64,000 bases of DNA, from contig OX597829.1 in NCBI GenBank assembly GCA_951406725.2, positions 29,946,001-30,010,000 of the forward strand, read 5' to 3'. Positions within the stretch are counted from its first letter, which is position 1. Each line of letters begins with the position of its first letter. Of the stretch, positions 28,331 through 40,000 are shown piece by piece. Both the position numbers and the translations under genes were made by a program. A model generated the notes under the pieces. The model was not told the origin of the DNA. It saw nothing but the letters and a program-made list of their open reading frames with translations, and made no database searches. Source of the stretch: Octopus vulgaris (taxonomy: Eukaryota).

Positions 28331-29718
28331 TTGCAACAATCATGGACATTGTTGTGCCACCATCTTGTCAACTCGTATATAATACCTTTTTACTTGTTTC
28401 AGTTATTGAATTGTGGCTATACTCAGGTATCCCCTTGAAGAGTTTTAAGTCTGGCACTTACTCTGTGGGTCCCTTTTGCTAAACCGCTAAATATGGTGAC
28501 ATAAACCCCATATCGGTTTTCAAGTGATGGTAGGGGTACACAACATACACACACACACATGTTTTTGGGAATAATGATTGTCGAAGCATATCATATACAG
28601 CTACCAAATCCACTCAGAAGGAATTGGTTGGTCCAGTAGAAGACACTTGCACATTAGGACTGAACCTAAGACCACATGTTTGTGGAGCAAGCTCCTTACA
28701 CAACTAAGCCTGCTTTTATTTCCACAAACGTATTCAAAATTGGATACCTCTGGGGTGAGTGCAAACAAGATATCATTAAGAAAAGATGTGTATGTGTGTG
28801 CTATACAATAGTTTTACTAGTATAGCACTTGTAAAATCCAGGTTTATTACTGTCTTTTAGTAATTCTTATTCTTCCTGCTTCAAGCTAGTTCTCTCTTTC
28901 CTTTCCACTCTGTCAATCCCCTGTCTATCTGCTTATTTGTCTTATCTATCGCTATAACACTTTCTTCCTCTGTCTTAGAACTTACTCAACACAACCACTG
29001 GTTTCCCCATCTCCATGATGGTAGGAAGCTTTCAAAAGAGCTGAACAGTAGGAGGCGTGACATGAAGATTAAATGCAGCAAACAAAAAGGAAATGTGCAT
29101 GACTTTGTGTGTGTGTATGTATGTGTAACACTTGAAAAATAACATTATTGAAAAACGTGTTTAATTTGGTTGTGTTTTATGCAAGAAATATATAGGTGGA
29201 TGCTGTTGAGGTGCCATCATTAAAATTAAGGAAGTTGATAATCATGTAAGCTGTGAACTTTATGGTGTTTTAGCTAAAATAACAGGCAGCAAAGTTTTAA
29301 AGTGTAAATTTTGTCATTATTTTGAAAACATTAGATTAAATACACCACAATATTAACTTAGAAATTTACTCACACTCTTTGTTAACAGCATATAAAGGCA
29401 TAATTAAGGGAGGAAACTTATGGGGGATTATGATATTTATTGTTTAATATAGAGACAGAAAAAATGTTTGGGTACTAACTGTTTCTGACGTCTAATTTGA
29501 GAATAACATTGGTGAGAAGAATGTGAAAGTGTGGGAGTCTTTTTTCTTCTATTGATATTGAGCAAATTATCCCAAATGTTTGGGGTGAATAAACATCCCT
29601 TTTTTTTTTAAATGGCTGTTTGTGTGTTACAATTTTTAGTGGGACATTTTGAAGTTTAACAACATTACAGGATTATGGATTTAGTTCAGTTACCTAAAAT
29701 TTACACTACAAAATACAA

Positions 29719-30145
29719 TACTCTTTTACTCTCTCTTTTACTCTTTTACTTGTTTCAGTCATTTGACTGCGGCCATGCTGGAGCACCGCCTTTAATCGAA
29801 CAAATCAACTCCAGGACTTATTCTTTGTAAGCCCAGTACTTATTCTATCGGTCTCTTTTGCCGAACCGCTAAGTGACGGGGACGTAAACACACCAGCATC
29901 GGTTGTCAAGCAATGCTAGGGGGACAAACACAGACACACAAATACACACACATATACATATATATATATATATACATATATACGACAGGCTTCTTTCAGT
30001 TTCCGTCTACCAAATCCACTCACAAGGCATTGGTCGGCCCGGGGCTATAGCAGAAGACACTTGCCCAAGATGCCACGCAGTGGGACTGAACCCGGAACCA
30101 TGTGGTTGGTTAGCAAGCTACTTACCACACAGCCACTCCTGCGCC
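29719..30145 (-). mobile_element. tRNA-derived SINE family B, full-length young copy
   Basis: Minus-strand head GGCGCAGGAGTGGCTGTGTGGTAAG...GGTTCAGTCCC, then TTGGGCAAGTGTCTT core, internal (TA/TG)n and (AGTAAAAG)n tail. CpGs retained. Confidence 0.92.
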
Positions 30146-30340
30146 TATATTTATATTTATATTTATACTAATTTCTAGTAAGTCAACATTATGTTAGTAT
30201 ACTAAATTGTACATTTTTCGTAATCATTTATAATAACTGAATGAATGAATGAATGAACATGTGAGAAAGATACATTTCAAACTTGTGTACAAATAAACAG
30301 CAGGATGTAACTAGTACCAATGATTTAGAAATTGAAAAGA

Positions 30341-30344
<4 letters not shown>

Positions 30345-30414
<70 letters not shown>

Positions 30415-30430
30415 ATATATATATATCTCA
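30345..30430. repeat. (CT)n(AT)n compound microsatellite, representative of many in the window
   Basis: Seen directly. Others include (AT)n at about 18345, 19065, 36403, 42850 and 49565, (CT)n at 27060 and 36989, (TG)n at 24814 and (CA)n at 25214. Confidence 0.95.
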
Positions 30431-30603
30431 TTGAAATGAAATGGAATTATTTGAATTGCTGGATTGTTTCATAAAAAGTTCATAAAGTATTTTTCAGCTT
30501 TCACAGACTAAGTTGTATTTGAAGTATATTTAAGCAAAAGAGTTATTTGCAAAATAAACTGAATTCATAGATATTGTGATTTGTTGTTGTGTGTATGTAT
30601 ATA

Positions 30604-31865
30604 CATTGGGTCATCCCGTTTTTTTAATACTTTTAGTTTTCAAAATTAAGATAAACAGTTCTTTATACTCTCCTTCATTTTTCAATAATACTCTTCCATC
30701 TGTCTGTTAGACTTGTAAGGCCCCTTTTCCAAAATTTACTTGTCCGTGATGAAAAATATTCCTCCAGTACTGTTCTGACCTCGTCTATGGAATTCATATT
30801 TTTTCTGTCCAAATGATTTTGAAGACTACTGAATAAATGATAATCAGATGGGGGCAGTGTCCAGGAAATATGGTGGGTGGGGCATCATTTTCCATTCAAA
30901 CTGCTCCAAGCTTTGGAATGTCATCTTCACTGAATGTGGCTGAGCATTATCCTGATAGAACATTTTTTGTCTTGAAACCAAAGATGGTTGTTTTTCTTCT
31001 AGCACTGACTTAAGTTGTTCAAGCTGCTCACAATATACCTCCTTTGTTATCATTTGGTTTGGGTTTAATAGTTCAAAGTGGACTAAACTTTTCATATCCC
31101 ACCAAACAGATAACAACACTTCGTGTGGGTGAAGACCTTCTTTAGCCTGGAGTGCCAGTGTTTCTCCTTTTCCTATCCGCTATCTTTGGCACTTGACATT
31201 TTTATAGAGAATCCATTCCTTGTCACCAATCACTATTCAGTCCAAAAATGGTTCATTCGTGAGATGTGACAGCAAAGAAAAGCACACAATTACTCTCTGC
31301 GTTTGATTAGACTCAGAAAGTTTGTGAGGGACCCACTGGCTCAATTTGCTAACTTTTCTGATGGCACACATGTGTTGATGAATGGTTGAATGAGCAAATC
31401 TAAGCTTCTCTGCTGCTTCCTCAACAGTTATGATGGGATTTTGTTCCACCAGGTTTTGCAGGATGTCCTCATTGAGCTCTACAGATCTTCCATGATGAGA
31501 CTCATCTTCTATGCTGCAGTTTCTGACTCAGAATTTTTGGAACCACTGTTGACCTTGGCCTACACTTATTGTTCAATCCCCATATACTGCATTAATATTC
31601 CTTGCACTTTCCTTTGTGCTGTTGCTCTTATTGAACTCGTAAAGCAAAATATGCTGAGTATGCTCTTTTGTCACTTCCATTATAGCTTTGAAAAATAACT
31701 GTTAAAATCGAACTGCACTCTTCAAAACTTGCACTAAGAATAAGTACAAGATAAAATTACAACCTGGTTTTATTGCAAGTTGATGCAGGTAGTTTATCCT
31801 GTCCCCCTCCAACTTTTAGTTCATGCAGTTGAAAAAAAACGCATTATTTATGAGATGACCCAATA
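30604..31865 (-). mobile_element. Decayed mariner (Tc1/mariner) DNA transposon, about 1.26 kb
   Basis: Inverted termini (C/T)ATTGGGTCATC... flanked by TA at 30602-30603 and 31866-31867. The left TIR lacks about 11 nt (ATAAATAATG) present in the right TIR. Encloses a transposase relic. Confidence 0.93.
30655..31680 (-). pseudogene. Mariner transposase pseudogene
   Basis: Minus-strand read from the ATG at 31680: MEVTKEHTQHILLYEFNK...WFQKF*...; WVPHKL (WVPHEL), LLSVWWDMK, YQDNAQPH (HDNARPH), PHPPYFLDTAP (YSPDLAP). Contains several stops (TGA) and frameshifts. Confidence 0.92.
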
Positions 31866-32789
31866 TATATATATATGTGTGTGTGTGTGTGTATGACTGT
31901 GTATTCATCATTGCTATTTTATTGTTCATAATTCCATGCTTGCATTGGGTCTGACAATTCCTTGAAGCAAATTTTCTAAGGCTAGATATCTTTCTCGTCA
32001 CTGGCCCCCACCTCTTTCCAAATAAATTCGTTCTTCCTCATAGTTGGACGTATTTCCATGAAAAATTAGGAACAAAAGGCATTGCTTGTATGGCAACGAC
32101 AGTGGTTTACAACTCTTGTGCAATGCCAATTGATCTCTCTCACACACACACACTCTTTCTCTCTCTTTCTCTTTTACTTCCACTTTCCGTCTATCATATC
32201 CCCTATCCCCTCAGAAGGTTTTGAAGGAATGTCATTGCCTATGGCCCTTAATATAGCATCAAAAACTGATGGGAAGTATAAGAGAGAAAGCTAGCCTCAG
32301 CTGGAGACCTGGCCTGAATTCTTGCAGAGTGAACTTGTTAAAGACACCCACAGTACCAGGTGGGTATTTTTTTACACACACATACACACATTGACATGTG
32401 TGCCTGTGTGTGTGAATGTATATGAATGACCTATCAGTGTTGTATATTTAGAACAAATAGGATGACCAAAAATTATAATGGGAGACTATGGATATCTTCT
32501 GCTAATCTGTTGGTTGGTACTTGCTGACATCTAATTTTTTCATAACTTTGGTAGTATTTAACCTTGGTGAAAAATATATATTCTGTTTCTACACCAAAAA
32601 GTCATGTTAACAATTCACACTGGATTTGAAACTGTACTTTAGTTGCAATTCTTCATGTGAGAACGTAACTTGTGTAGAAGAACACGATTTAAATTATCTT
32701 GAGAATGTGAATAATTTCAGTTAGTTGTGAGCTAGTCACATGTTTATTGTAATAGAGGATGCTTTAGTAACACAGATATGTAATGTGAG

Positions 32790-33105
32790 AGTAGTTGTTA
32801 TTTAGCTCCAGTTAGTCAAATAAAAGACAAGCCCATCATGACCTTACTGTCTTTTTAGAATAAGTCTACGACTACATTATCTGTCTTTCCTGTATTAAGG
32901 TATTGAAATGTGCTTTGAGAAGATTTGGTTGTTGTTGTTTTTTCTAGCAGGTCCATGCATCGATATAGAGATTCCAGTGCAGTGCTTTATCTTCTTGTGG
33001 AGTAAATTGTTTATCTCCAGATCAGCCTTTATTGAGCAGATCAGTTACCACTGCCAGACAATAATGCATCTAAAACTATATTGTCCAAGGTGTCTTTTTG
33101 TAAGA
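32790..33105 (+). repeat. Dispersed repeat family (TTATTTAGCCCCAG ... ACTACATT ... GATTTGGCTG.TATTTCTAGCAGG), two tandem copies
   Basis: Similar degraded copies at about 11280-11460, 45920-46080, 51020-51150 and 54890-55050. Class not identified. Confidence 0.5.
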
Positions 33106-35939
33106 CATAGGTGCTGGCATGGTCATGTGGTGAGAAGTTTGGTTCCCAACCACATGGTTCTGGCTTCAGTCCCACTGTTTGGCATGTTGGACAAGTGTGT
33201 GTCTCTGTCTGTCCCCACCAGCACTTGACAACTAGTGTTGGTGTGTTTACAGCCCTTTAACTTAGCAGTTCATAAAAGAAACAGATAAAATAAGTATCAG
33301 GCTTTAAAAAAAATAATAAATACTAGGGTTGATTCATTCAATTAAAACTCTTCAAGGTGGTGCCCCAGCTTGGCCACAGTCTAATGACTGAAACATGTAA
33401 AAGGTAAAAGACATTTGGGTGTGGTTCAAGGAAGATCTGGCACTGTTAACTAGCTATAAAATGTGGTTTCCCTCATTGGCACATGGGTGAATGGTAGATA
33501 GATGATAACCAAATTGGATAACTCTAAAGAAGACAAGTTTAGCCAGTGTTCTATTTGGCAAAGCTTTCAGCTGACTAAAAATTGGTACATTTGTAGACAT
33601 CTGATATTGTGTGTAATGTGTCTGTCTGTTATAAGATACCATATAAAAAGAAAGTAATAGCTATGAATGATATAAAGATTTTAGTAAAACTTCCCACATT
33701 GTCAGAAGCTTTCTTATTTTCCCTTTTCTTTCTGATATTATTATATGTGTATATGTATGTATGCACACATGCACATGTACACACACATACAAAAACATGC
33801 TCACACACACACACACCCACACACTTACAAACACATACAAATATGTACATACAAACACATACACACACATATATAGATAGATAGATGTAAGCATTTCTTG
33901 TTTGGGATCAGTCTCATTGCGGCATATTAGGACTGAACCTGTGGGAAAAAAATCCATGGTGCCAGAGGTAAAAAAAAAAAGAAGAAACAGCAGAAAACTA
34001 CTGGTGTTGGTTTGTTTATATTCCCATAACTTAGCAGTACATCAAGAAGACTCCAGTAGAATAAACACTGAACTTAAAACAAGTACTGGGGTCTGTGTGA
34101 TCAACTAAGCCTTCTAGTCATTGCTCCAGCATAGCCACATTCCAGTGACTGGAAACCAGTAAAATAAAAGAATTATGTGTATATGTATATAGAGAAAAAA
34201 TAGCAAATAGAGAGGATGTCTGTAGTTGAGTAAGTAGAACTTGAAGTCATGATGTAATCAGTAGTTTTATCGGGACATTATGGTGTTAATGTCCACATCA
34301 GTTGTCAATCATGCTCTATATATTGTTGTGTGTGTGTGTGTGTTGCCAAGTATTTAATGTAAGCTAAATTGCGGGGAACCATGTTGCTGACTAGTTTGTA
34401 TGGTTCCTGCTTTATAAATCTGTATTCCATATTATTATCTCATTCATTCAAGACACTCCACATTCTTACTAAAGTTGTTAAGAAATTATTATTAAAACTA
34501 AACTTCAAAATAAATGTATTTAACCTTCATCAGAATCTCTGACATTTTATCTTCCAGTCTAGTTAGCGTTTCTGTGATGTATTTATGCGTATATTTAAGC
34601 ATTATGCATATTGTATTTCAATGGGTTTTTCATTACTTTTTTTATACTTTACTTCGAGAAGAAAAGACATCAAATATAAATTCACTTGAGTGTTGTTCTT
34701 CCAATTTTTTTTCTTATCAAATATTTAAAAAATTTTAAATAACTGCTTAAAATACTTAAATTTACGGCTTATTTATCACATATTTATTTATGTATATATA
34801 AAAGATAGATCTAAGCTTTTTTAATAGTTTTTAGGTTTGTTTGAAAGATGGTTGTCTTAAAAGAAAAACTTTGATTAAAATACATTTATTTTTTTGCTTT
34901 TTGTTTAAAGCTTATTTGAAAAGTGTTCATATTTACTTAAGTGTCTAACAATACAAATTGTATAAAAAAAAGAAAATTTGAAAAAATAAACTAGTTTCAA
35001 AGTATTTCTTTCTGAAAAAAAAAAAAGAAGGAAAATGGAACGTGATTAGTTATGTTATAATTTATTTATTAAAATAAATTAAGAACCAATAGAATTTCTT
35101 TCTTTCTTTCTTTCTTTTTTCATAAATTTCTTCAAAATAACCAACTGTTGACTGTTTCATTCCATCTGTGGTGCAGCTACTGTTTAAAGATGCTGTGCTC
35201 TAATTAATTAGTTCCTAATTATTCTGCTCTGCAAATGCCTGTATTGTTCCTGTCATTATTGAAATAGCTAGGAAGAATACAAACATGACTCCAGTAAATA
35301 AAAAGAATATAATGTTTAGAAATAATGATGGTGTGAGAGGAGGGGAGGGAAAATAGTGATGCTGAAAAGGAAAATGTGTACATATGTATTAATGTAAAAA
35401 ATGGTAAAATCATTTTGTCCCTGAACCTTTTACATTACAGAAAAATAAACATTTATATTCCTTTCCTAGAAAACATTGTCTGAATCTTTAGTGTTTTCAA
35501 AAAATATATATATATGCATCTGTAGAGAAGCAACATTATATTTGCTAGGCTTGTCTCTGTTCATAAATTATCTCTCACATGATGTCACTTATCTGCTTCA
35601 CTATTCTAGTTGGTTCTACTGCTATGAAGCTATAGTGGAGCGAGATAGATTTAGAAAAAATCAATATGCCAGCTGTGGTGGTTGTATAGCTGCAATAATT
35701 ATTCCAATGGATTGCTCCCTATCAGTAGCTGAAACATCTACTATAGTGGTGGTGGGTGCTATGGTGTTTCTAGCACACTTGTCAGCGTATATTCACTAGT
35801 TGCATGCAATCAAACAGTTGAAATTGCTTATTTCCAACTGTTGCTCCTAGCGATTTTATTTATCTTATTATAATAATTTTAATCAGTGATTGTCATTAGG
35901 TGTAGTTTGGTTTGTCTATTAAGCGATAAAAAAAGGGGG

Positions 35940-36013
35940 AGAAATTATTCATTTCTATAAAGATTGCGTATTTCACTCCTGCCCTGTCTTCCCCCCCTTT
36001 AGCATCAGTGAGC
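35940..36013 (+). promoter_or_regulatory. Possible core promoter or 3' splice site upstream of the MEVT exon
   Basis: TATAAAG at 35956-35962, pyrimidine tract 35971-36000 ending in TTTAG (36002), and Inr-like TCAGT at 36005-36009. CpG enrichment over about 35640-36140. The sequence cannot distinguish a TSS from an acceptor. Confidence 0.3.
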
Positions 36014-36044
36014 ATGCCCTGTGTGCTAGTCAACTGTTTCTGCC

Positions 36045-36077
36045 ATGGTGGTTACCGAGTGGAGAACTCAGATCTAG
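36045..36077 (+). promoter_or_regulatory. uORF (MVVTEWRTQI*) in the Klc 5' leader
   Basis: GCCATGG context at 36042-36048 and TAG at 36075-36077; ends 32 nt before the MEVT ATG and is out of frame with it. Confidence 0.5.
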
Positions 36078-36109
36078 GAGAGATCCTGAGCACTACACTT
36101 CACTTGGCG

Positions 36110-36144
36110 ATGGAAGTTACACAAACAGTAAAATCATATCGAAT
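36110..36144 (+). CDS. Klc: Kinesin light chain, first coding exon (MEVTQTVKSYR-I), phase-2 end
   Basis: GCG-ATG-G start at 36110 and donor AT|GTAAGT at 36145. AT + A of the 44406 exon gives ATA (Ile) and the continuous read MEVTQTVKSYRIKKIEEIGKMTALSQ, matching the squid KLC N-terminus as I recall it. The region is locally CpG-enriched. Not in the ORF track. Confidence 0.88.
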
Positions 36145-36400
36145 GTAAGTTTTAGCTTCAACATGGCTACCATTTTAGTTCATTTTTCCATTTATAATAA
36201 TTACAAAATTAACCTGTTGCTAGGCATTTTTCTAGATATATTTATTCTCTACTTTCTCTTTCCTCTTTGTATTAGTTTCCTATCACCACTGAATTCACTT
36301 ATAATATACTGAGTTATTCCTACACAATGAGAACAATAAATTTAATTTATATTTCCAGCGTGTGTATATATGTATATGTTTATTTTGTTTTATATTTGTA

Positions 36401-36437
<37 letters not shown>

Positions 36438-36985
36438 GTATTTGTGTAATATAGAGATTTTAATCATCAATCTTTTGTGACATTTGTAAAATATTTGAAA
36501 AAACCTTCCATATTGGGTTTTATATTGATGATGTACACAGATGAATGTAATTTCATGTATCTATTTAATTTTTTTTTTCTTCATTCAGTCATTGAGGGAA
36601 ATTACATTGCAGTTTACATATATGTATAGATATGTTTTGCGCGTGTGTGTCAATTGATAGAAAATTGTTTGTTTGATGTAGAAATGATGTGGCTATAACA
36701 CTGCTATATTGTTTGATACAAATAAACTCAGCTTCCCTGATAATTAAAGAAAAAAAGCAACAATATGTAGATGATCTACAGTTATTCCTTTATATTAAAT
36801 TACATGTACTGCCTGATCTTTTCTATATATTTCATAAAAAAAAGGTTGTTTCTATGAATGACAGCTTATACATATTGAATTTATAAATGTCATATATCTA
36901 ATAACATTGGATGTTTAAAATAATAAGCCAGTTTGTTGTGGGGTGGATTTTCCTGGTTACTTTGAAAATAGATAAATTTGTTTGT

Positions 36986-37023
<38 letters not shown>

Positions 37024-40000
37024 AATAAAATTTATTTCATCATATAAGAATAATTTTATATTCTATTGAAGGTTTTATATTGCATATTACCAAGTATTTA
37101 TTGAGATATATCATCAGTTGACACTTCTGGTTTAGCTTCATTTACTCATCTTATTTGACATCTCTCTCTATCTTTCTCTCTCTCTTTCTCTTTCTCTTTT
37201 AAATATCACTGTACTCTACAGAAGCCATGTTGGATTTATTTTTAGGGTAATATAGCAGTTATTTTGTTTCACATTCACTGAACATACATTTTATACCTAG
37301 GATATTACAATTAATTTTGTGGTCACTAGATTTAGTTTGTTGCTTCAGTTGACACATTTACCCACCGACTGACACTCGCATACATACACACAAATATACA
37401 TATGAAGAAGGGAGAAAAATATTTCACTAAGCTACTACCCACTGCATTGTAATCTTTTTTCTTTTAATGATTAATTCCCATGATTACAAAAACTAAAAAT
37501 AATAATTTATCTTTGTCAGGTTATATATATATGTACTCTCATTTTTCCAATTATAAAAACATAATTAACAATTTGTGTCTTAATCACTCATAAGGTCATA
37601 ATGCTATTTTATACTTCAAAATGTTTTTCCAGTTAAAACTACCATAATTTTTTTTTTCGATTTCAAAATATCAGTTGTACTCTCATTTAATGAAAATAAT
37701 AAGATTTTACTTTATATTTCTATGCAGACAGTATATCCAAATTTCTAATGTCAATGTTCTAGCTGTTAAATTTTCCATAATTCAAGTGAAATATAAACAT
37801 GGCTGCCAATAAATAAGATTCTCTCTGTTTCTCTTACTAGATTTACTATTGTATATAATAGGCTTATGGTTTCATTTGCTACTCAGGATTATTTCAATTT
37901 TTTTTTTTTTTTTGCTTTCAATCTCTTTTCCACTCATCTGATTTCATTTATTTTTTTTTTCATTAGTACCTGCTAATAGTACCTTGATTGATTCATCTAA
38001 CAATTGCTCTCTTCTATTAGCCTATTCAATTATTTTTTTCCTTCTTTTTATCATTTACTTCAATTAATTGAATCTTTAGGTTTCTTTATTTCTTGTATGC
38101 ATTTGTATGTGGGTCGGGAGGTTTGCTTGCCAGCATCTTAATAAATTAGATATTAACAAAGTGAAAGTGAATAACTATATAAATGTGTATGGACAATTTC
38201 TTTCATTGATTTCTTGTGGGATGTTGCTTTACCCAGTTTCAAACAGATCTTTATGAATACACTATTCTATTCACAAAAACCCACTGTCATAAATGTATAG
38301 AATCCCTATAGAAAATTCTTTTAAATGCTATTTACAGTTTAGCTGTTTAAGTTATCTTGTAACATTTCTAGAGAAATCAAAACCTTAGTTTCCTTGTCAT
38401 ACAAATATTAAATGCTTCCCTTTATCTGGACTTGTATATGGTGGTATGAAGCATAATCAATTTTTAAGTGAAGCCATTGGTTATATATTAGTTAATAGTT
38501 TGCTTTTCATCTTCTTTCTGGTCATTTCACAATCTCTTCTTTGTATTTTACCAATGTTTCGGACAAGGTCATCAATATTCAAAATGGCAACTAGCTCTTG
38601 TTATTATTATTATTATTATTGTTAGGATAATTGAGCTAAATTGATGTCAACATTGAATAGCCAGATAAAATGATTTAAAGTATTAAGCTTGGTGTCCCAT
38701 TAAAACTGTCATTACTTTTTTATTTTATTTTTTTACTTCTGGTTAAAATTTTTTCGAGAGGTTAGTATTTGTATTAAATGAGTTATTGACTGTGCAGCTT
38801 TAAGAATTCCCTATTTTCATTTATAAAACCATCTTGTTAAAGGTCTCTGCATTATATCCTCTCACTTATTAATTAGTATGTTTATTAATGACTGTTTATT
38901 AATATGATGCGAGATTGTCCTGTCAGTTGCCAATTTATTCAAAAGTTTGCTTTGTAGCTTCTGTTATCAAATAGCTGCTTGCTCGTAGCAAGTGTTATTA
39001 TTCTGTTTGACATTTATTGAGACTGAAGCAATTATTGCTACTCAGTGCAGCTAGTGCTATTGACTAGTCTCAGGGGCGATGTTTCTATGCAAAGTGTACT
39101 TTTACTTTTACTTTCATTTTGGCTGTAATGGTAAACATCAATTCTACATTGACTTACATGTGGTATACTGAATGTATGTCTATAATGTTAAAGATGAAGT
39201 TAGAAATGTTTGATATATAGTCAGTCTGTCACGACAGAATATTCTTAGTTCTATGAATTTTTAATCAAGTTGTTTTTAGTTGATATGCTGATGTAAACCT
39301 GTTTGGCTTTTATTGACCTAGGTGCATAGTTTAGTCACACGATTGTCAAGTAGATCTGAAGTATTAAGAACCTGTTCTCTGTAGAGATAGTTCTTCTTTT
39401 GTGTATGTGTGTGTTATGTCTTATACTGGCAGAATAATGAACTGTAAATCTTTATTTCTAATTTTATTTTTTTCTAATCATGTGACTAAGTAACTGATTA
39501 TAATTATTTCTGTTTCCTTGATTCCTAGGCATGATTATTGACTCATTGTTTTAGTAACACACAATCACAAATTATTAAAGGGTATATACATCAGTGGTTT
39601 TATAAATTCATAATGTACCAGTAAGTATTGCTAGCTTTTTTTTTTAAAGTTATCAAGGAAATGAGCATGGTTCACTAATTAAATTAATAGAAATAAGACT
39701 GTTATATTAGTGTTTAAATTGTATATGAGTGAGAAGACTGGAATTTTTTTATTTGTGTATTACAATTTTTTTACATTTGTGTATTATTATTTTTACACGA
39801 TAGGCTTCAGTTGCTAAGTTTTTTAAGTTACTAAAATTACTAAGAATATATTATTTAAATTGATTGTTTTAAATTGTGCATGTGTGTGCCTGTGCATACA
39901 TACATTATACATTGTTAACAATTGTTACTTTTAATCAATACTGTATTATCAATCATATCAAGATAAGATAATGAAATTGTCAACCATAAAAAAGTCATGG

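Noticed and set aside
29719-30145. tRNA-like A/B boxes at SINE heads
   Set aside because: They continue into SINE bodies and tails without a complete cloverleaf; not tRNA genes.
31669-31680. Mariner transposase starts MEVT, like the KLC first exon (MEVTQ)
   Set aside because: Similarity ends after four codons and the strands differ; coincidence, not exon capture.
34216-34235. ATG TCT GTA GTT GA|GTAAGT, a phase-2 mini first exon (MSVVE)
   Set aside because: Adjacent to SINE remnants with no promoter-like or CpG support; a few such matches are expected by chance.
34371-34410. Short imperfect hairpin GGAACCAT...ATGGTTCC; small palindromes at about 51238, 51518 and 59412
   Set aside because: Stems of 8-11 bp are expected by chance in 64 kb.
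39613-39626. ATG TAC CA|GTAAGT, a phase-2 mini first exon (MYQ)
   Set aside because: Perfect donor but no independent support; within chance expectation. Worth re-examining only if junction reads exist.
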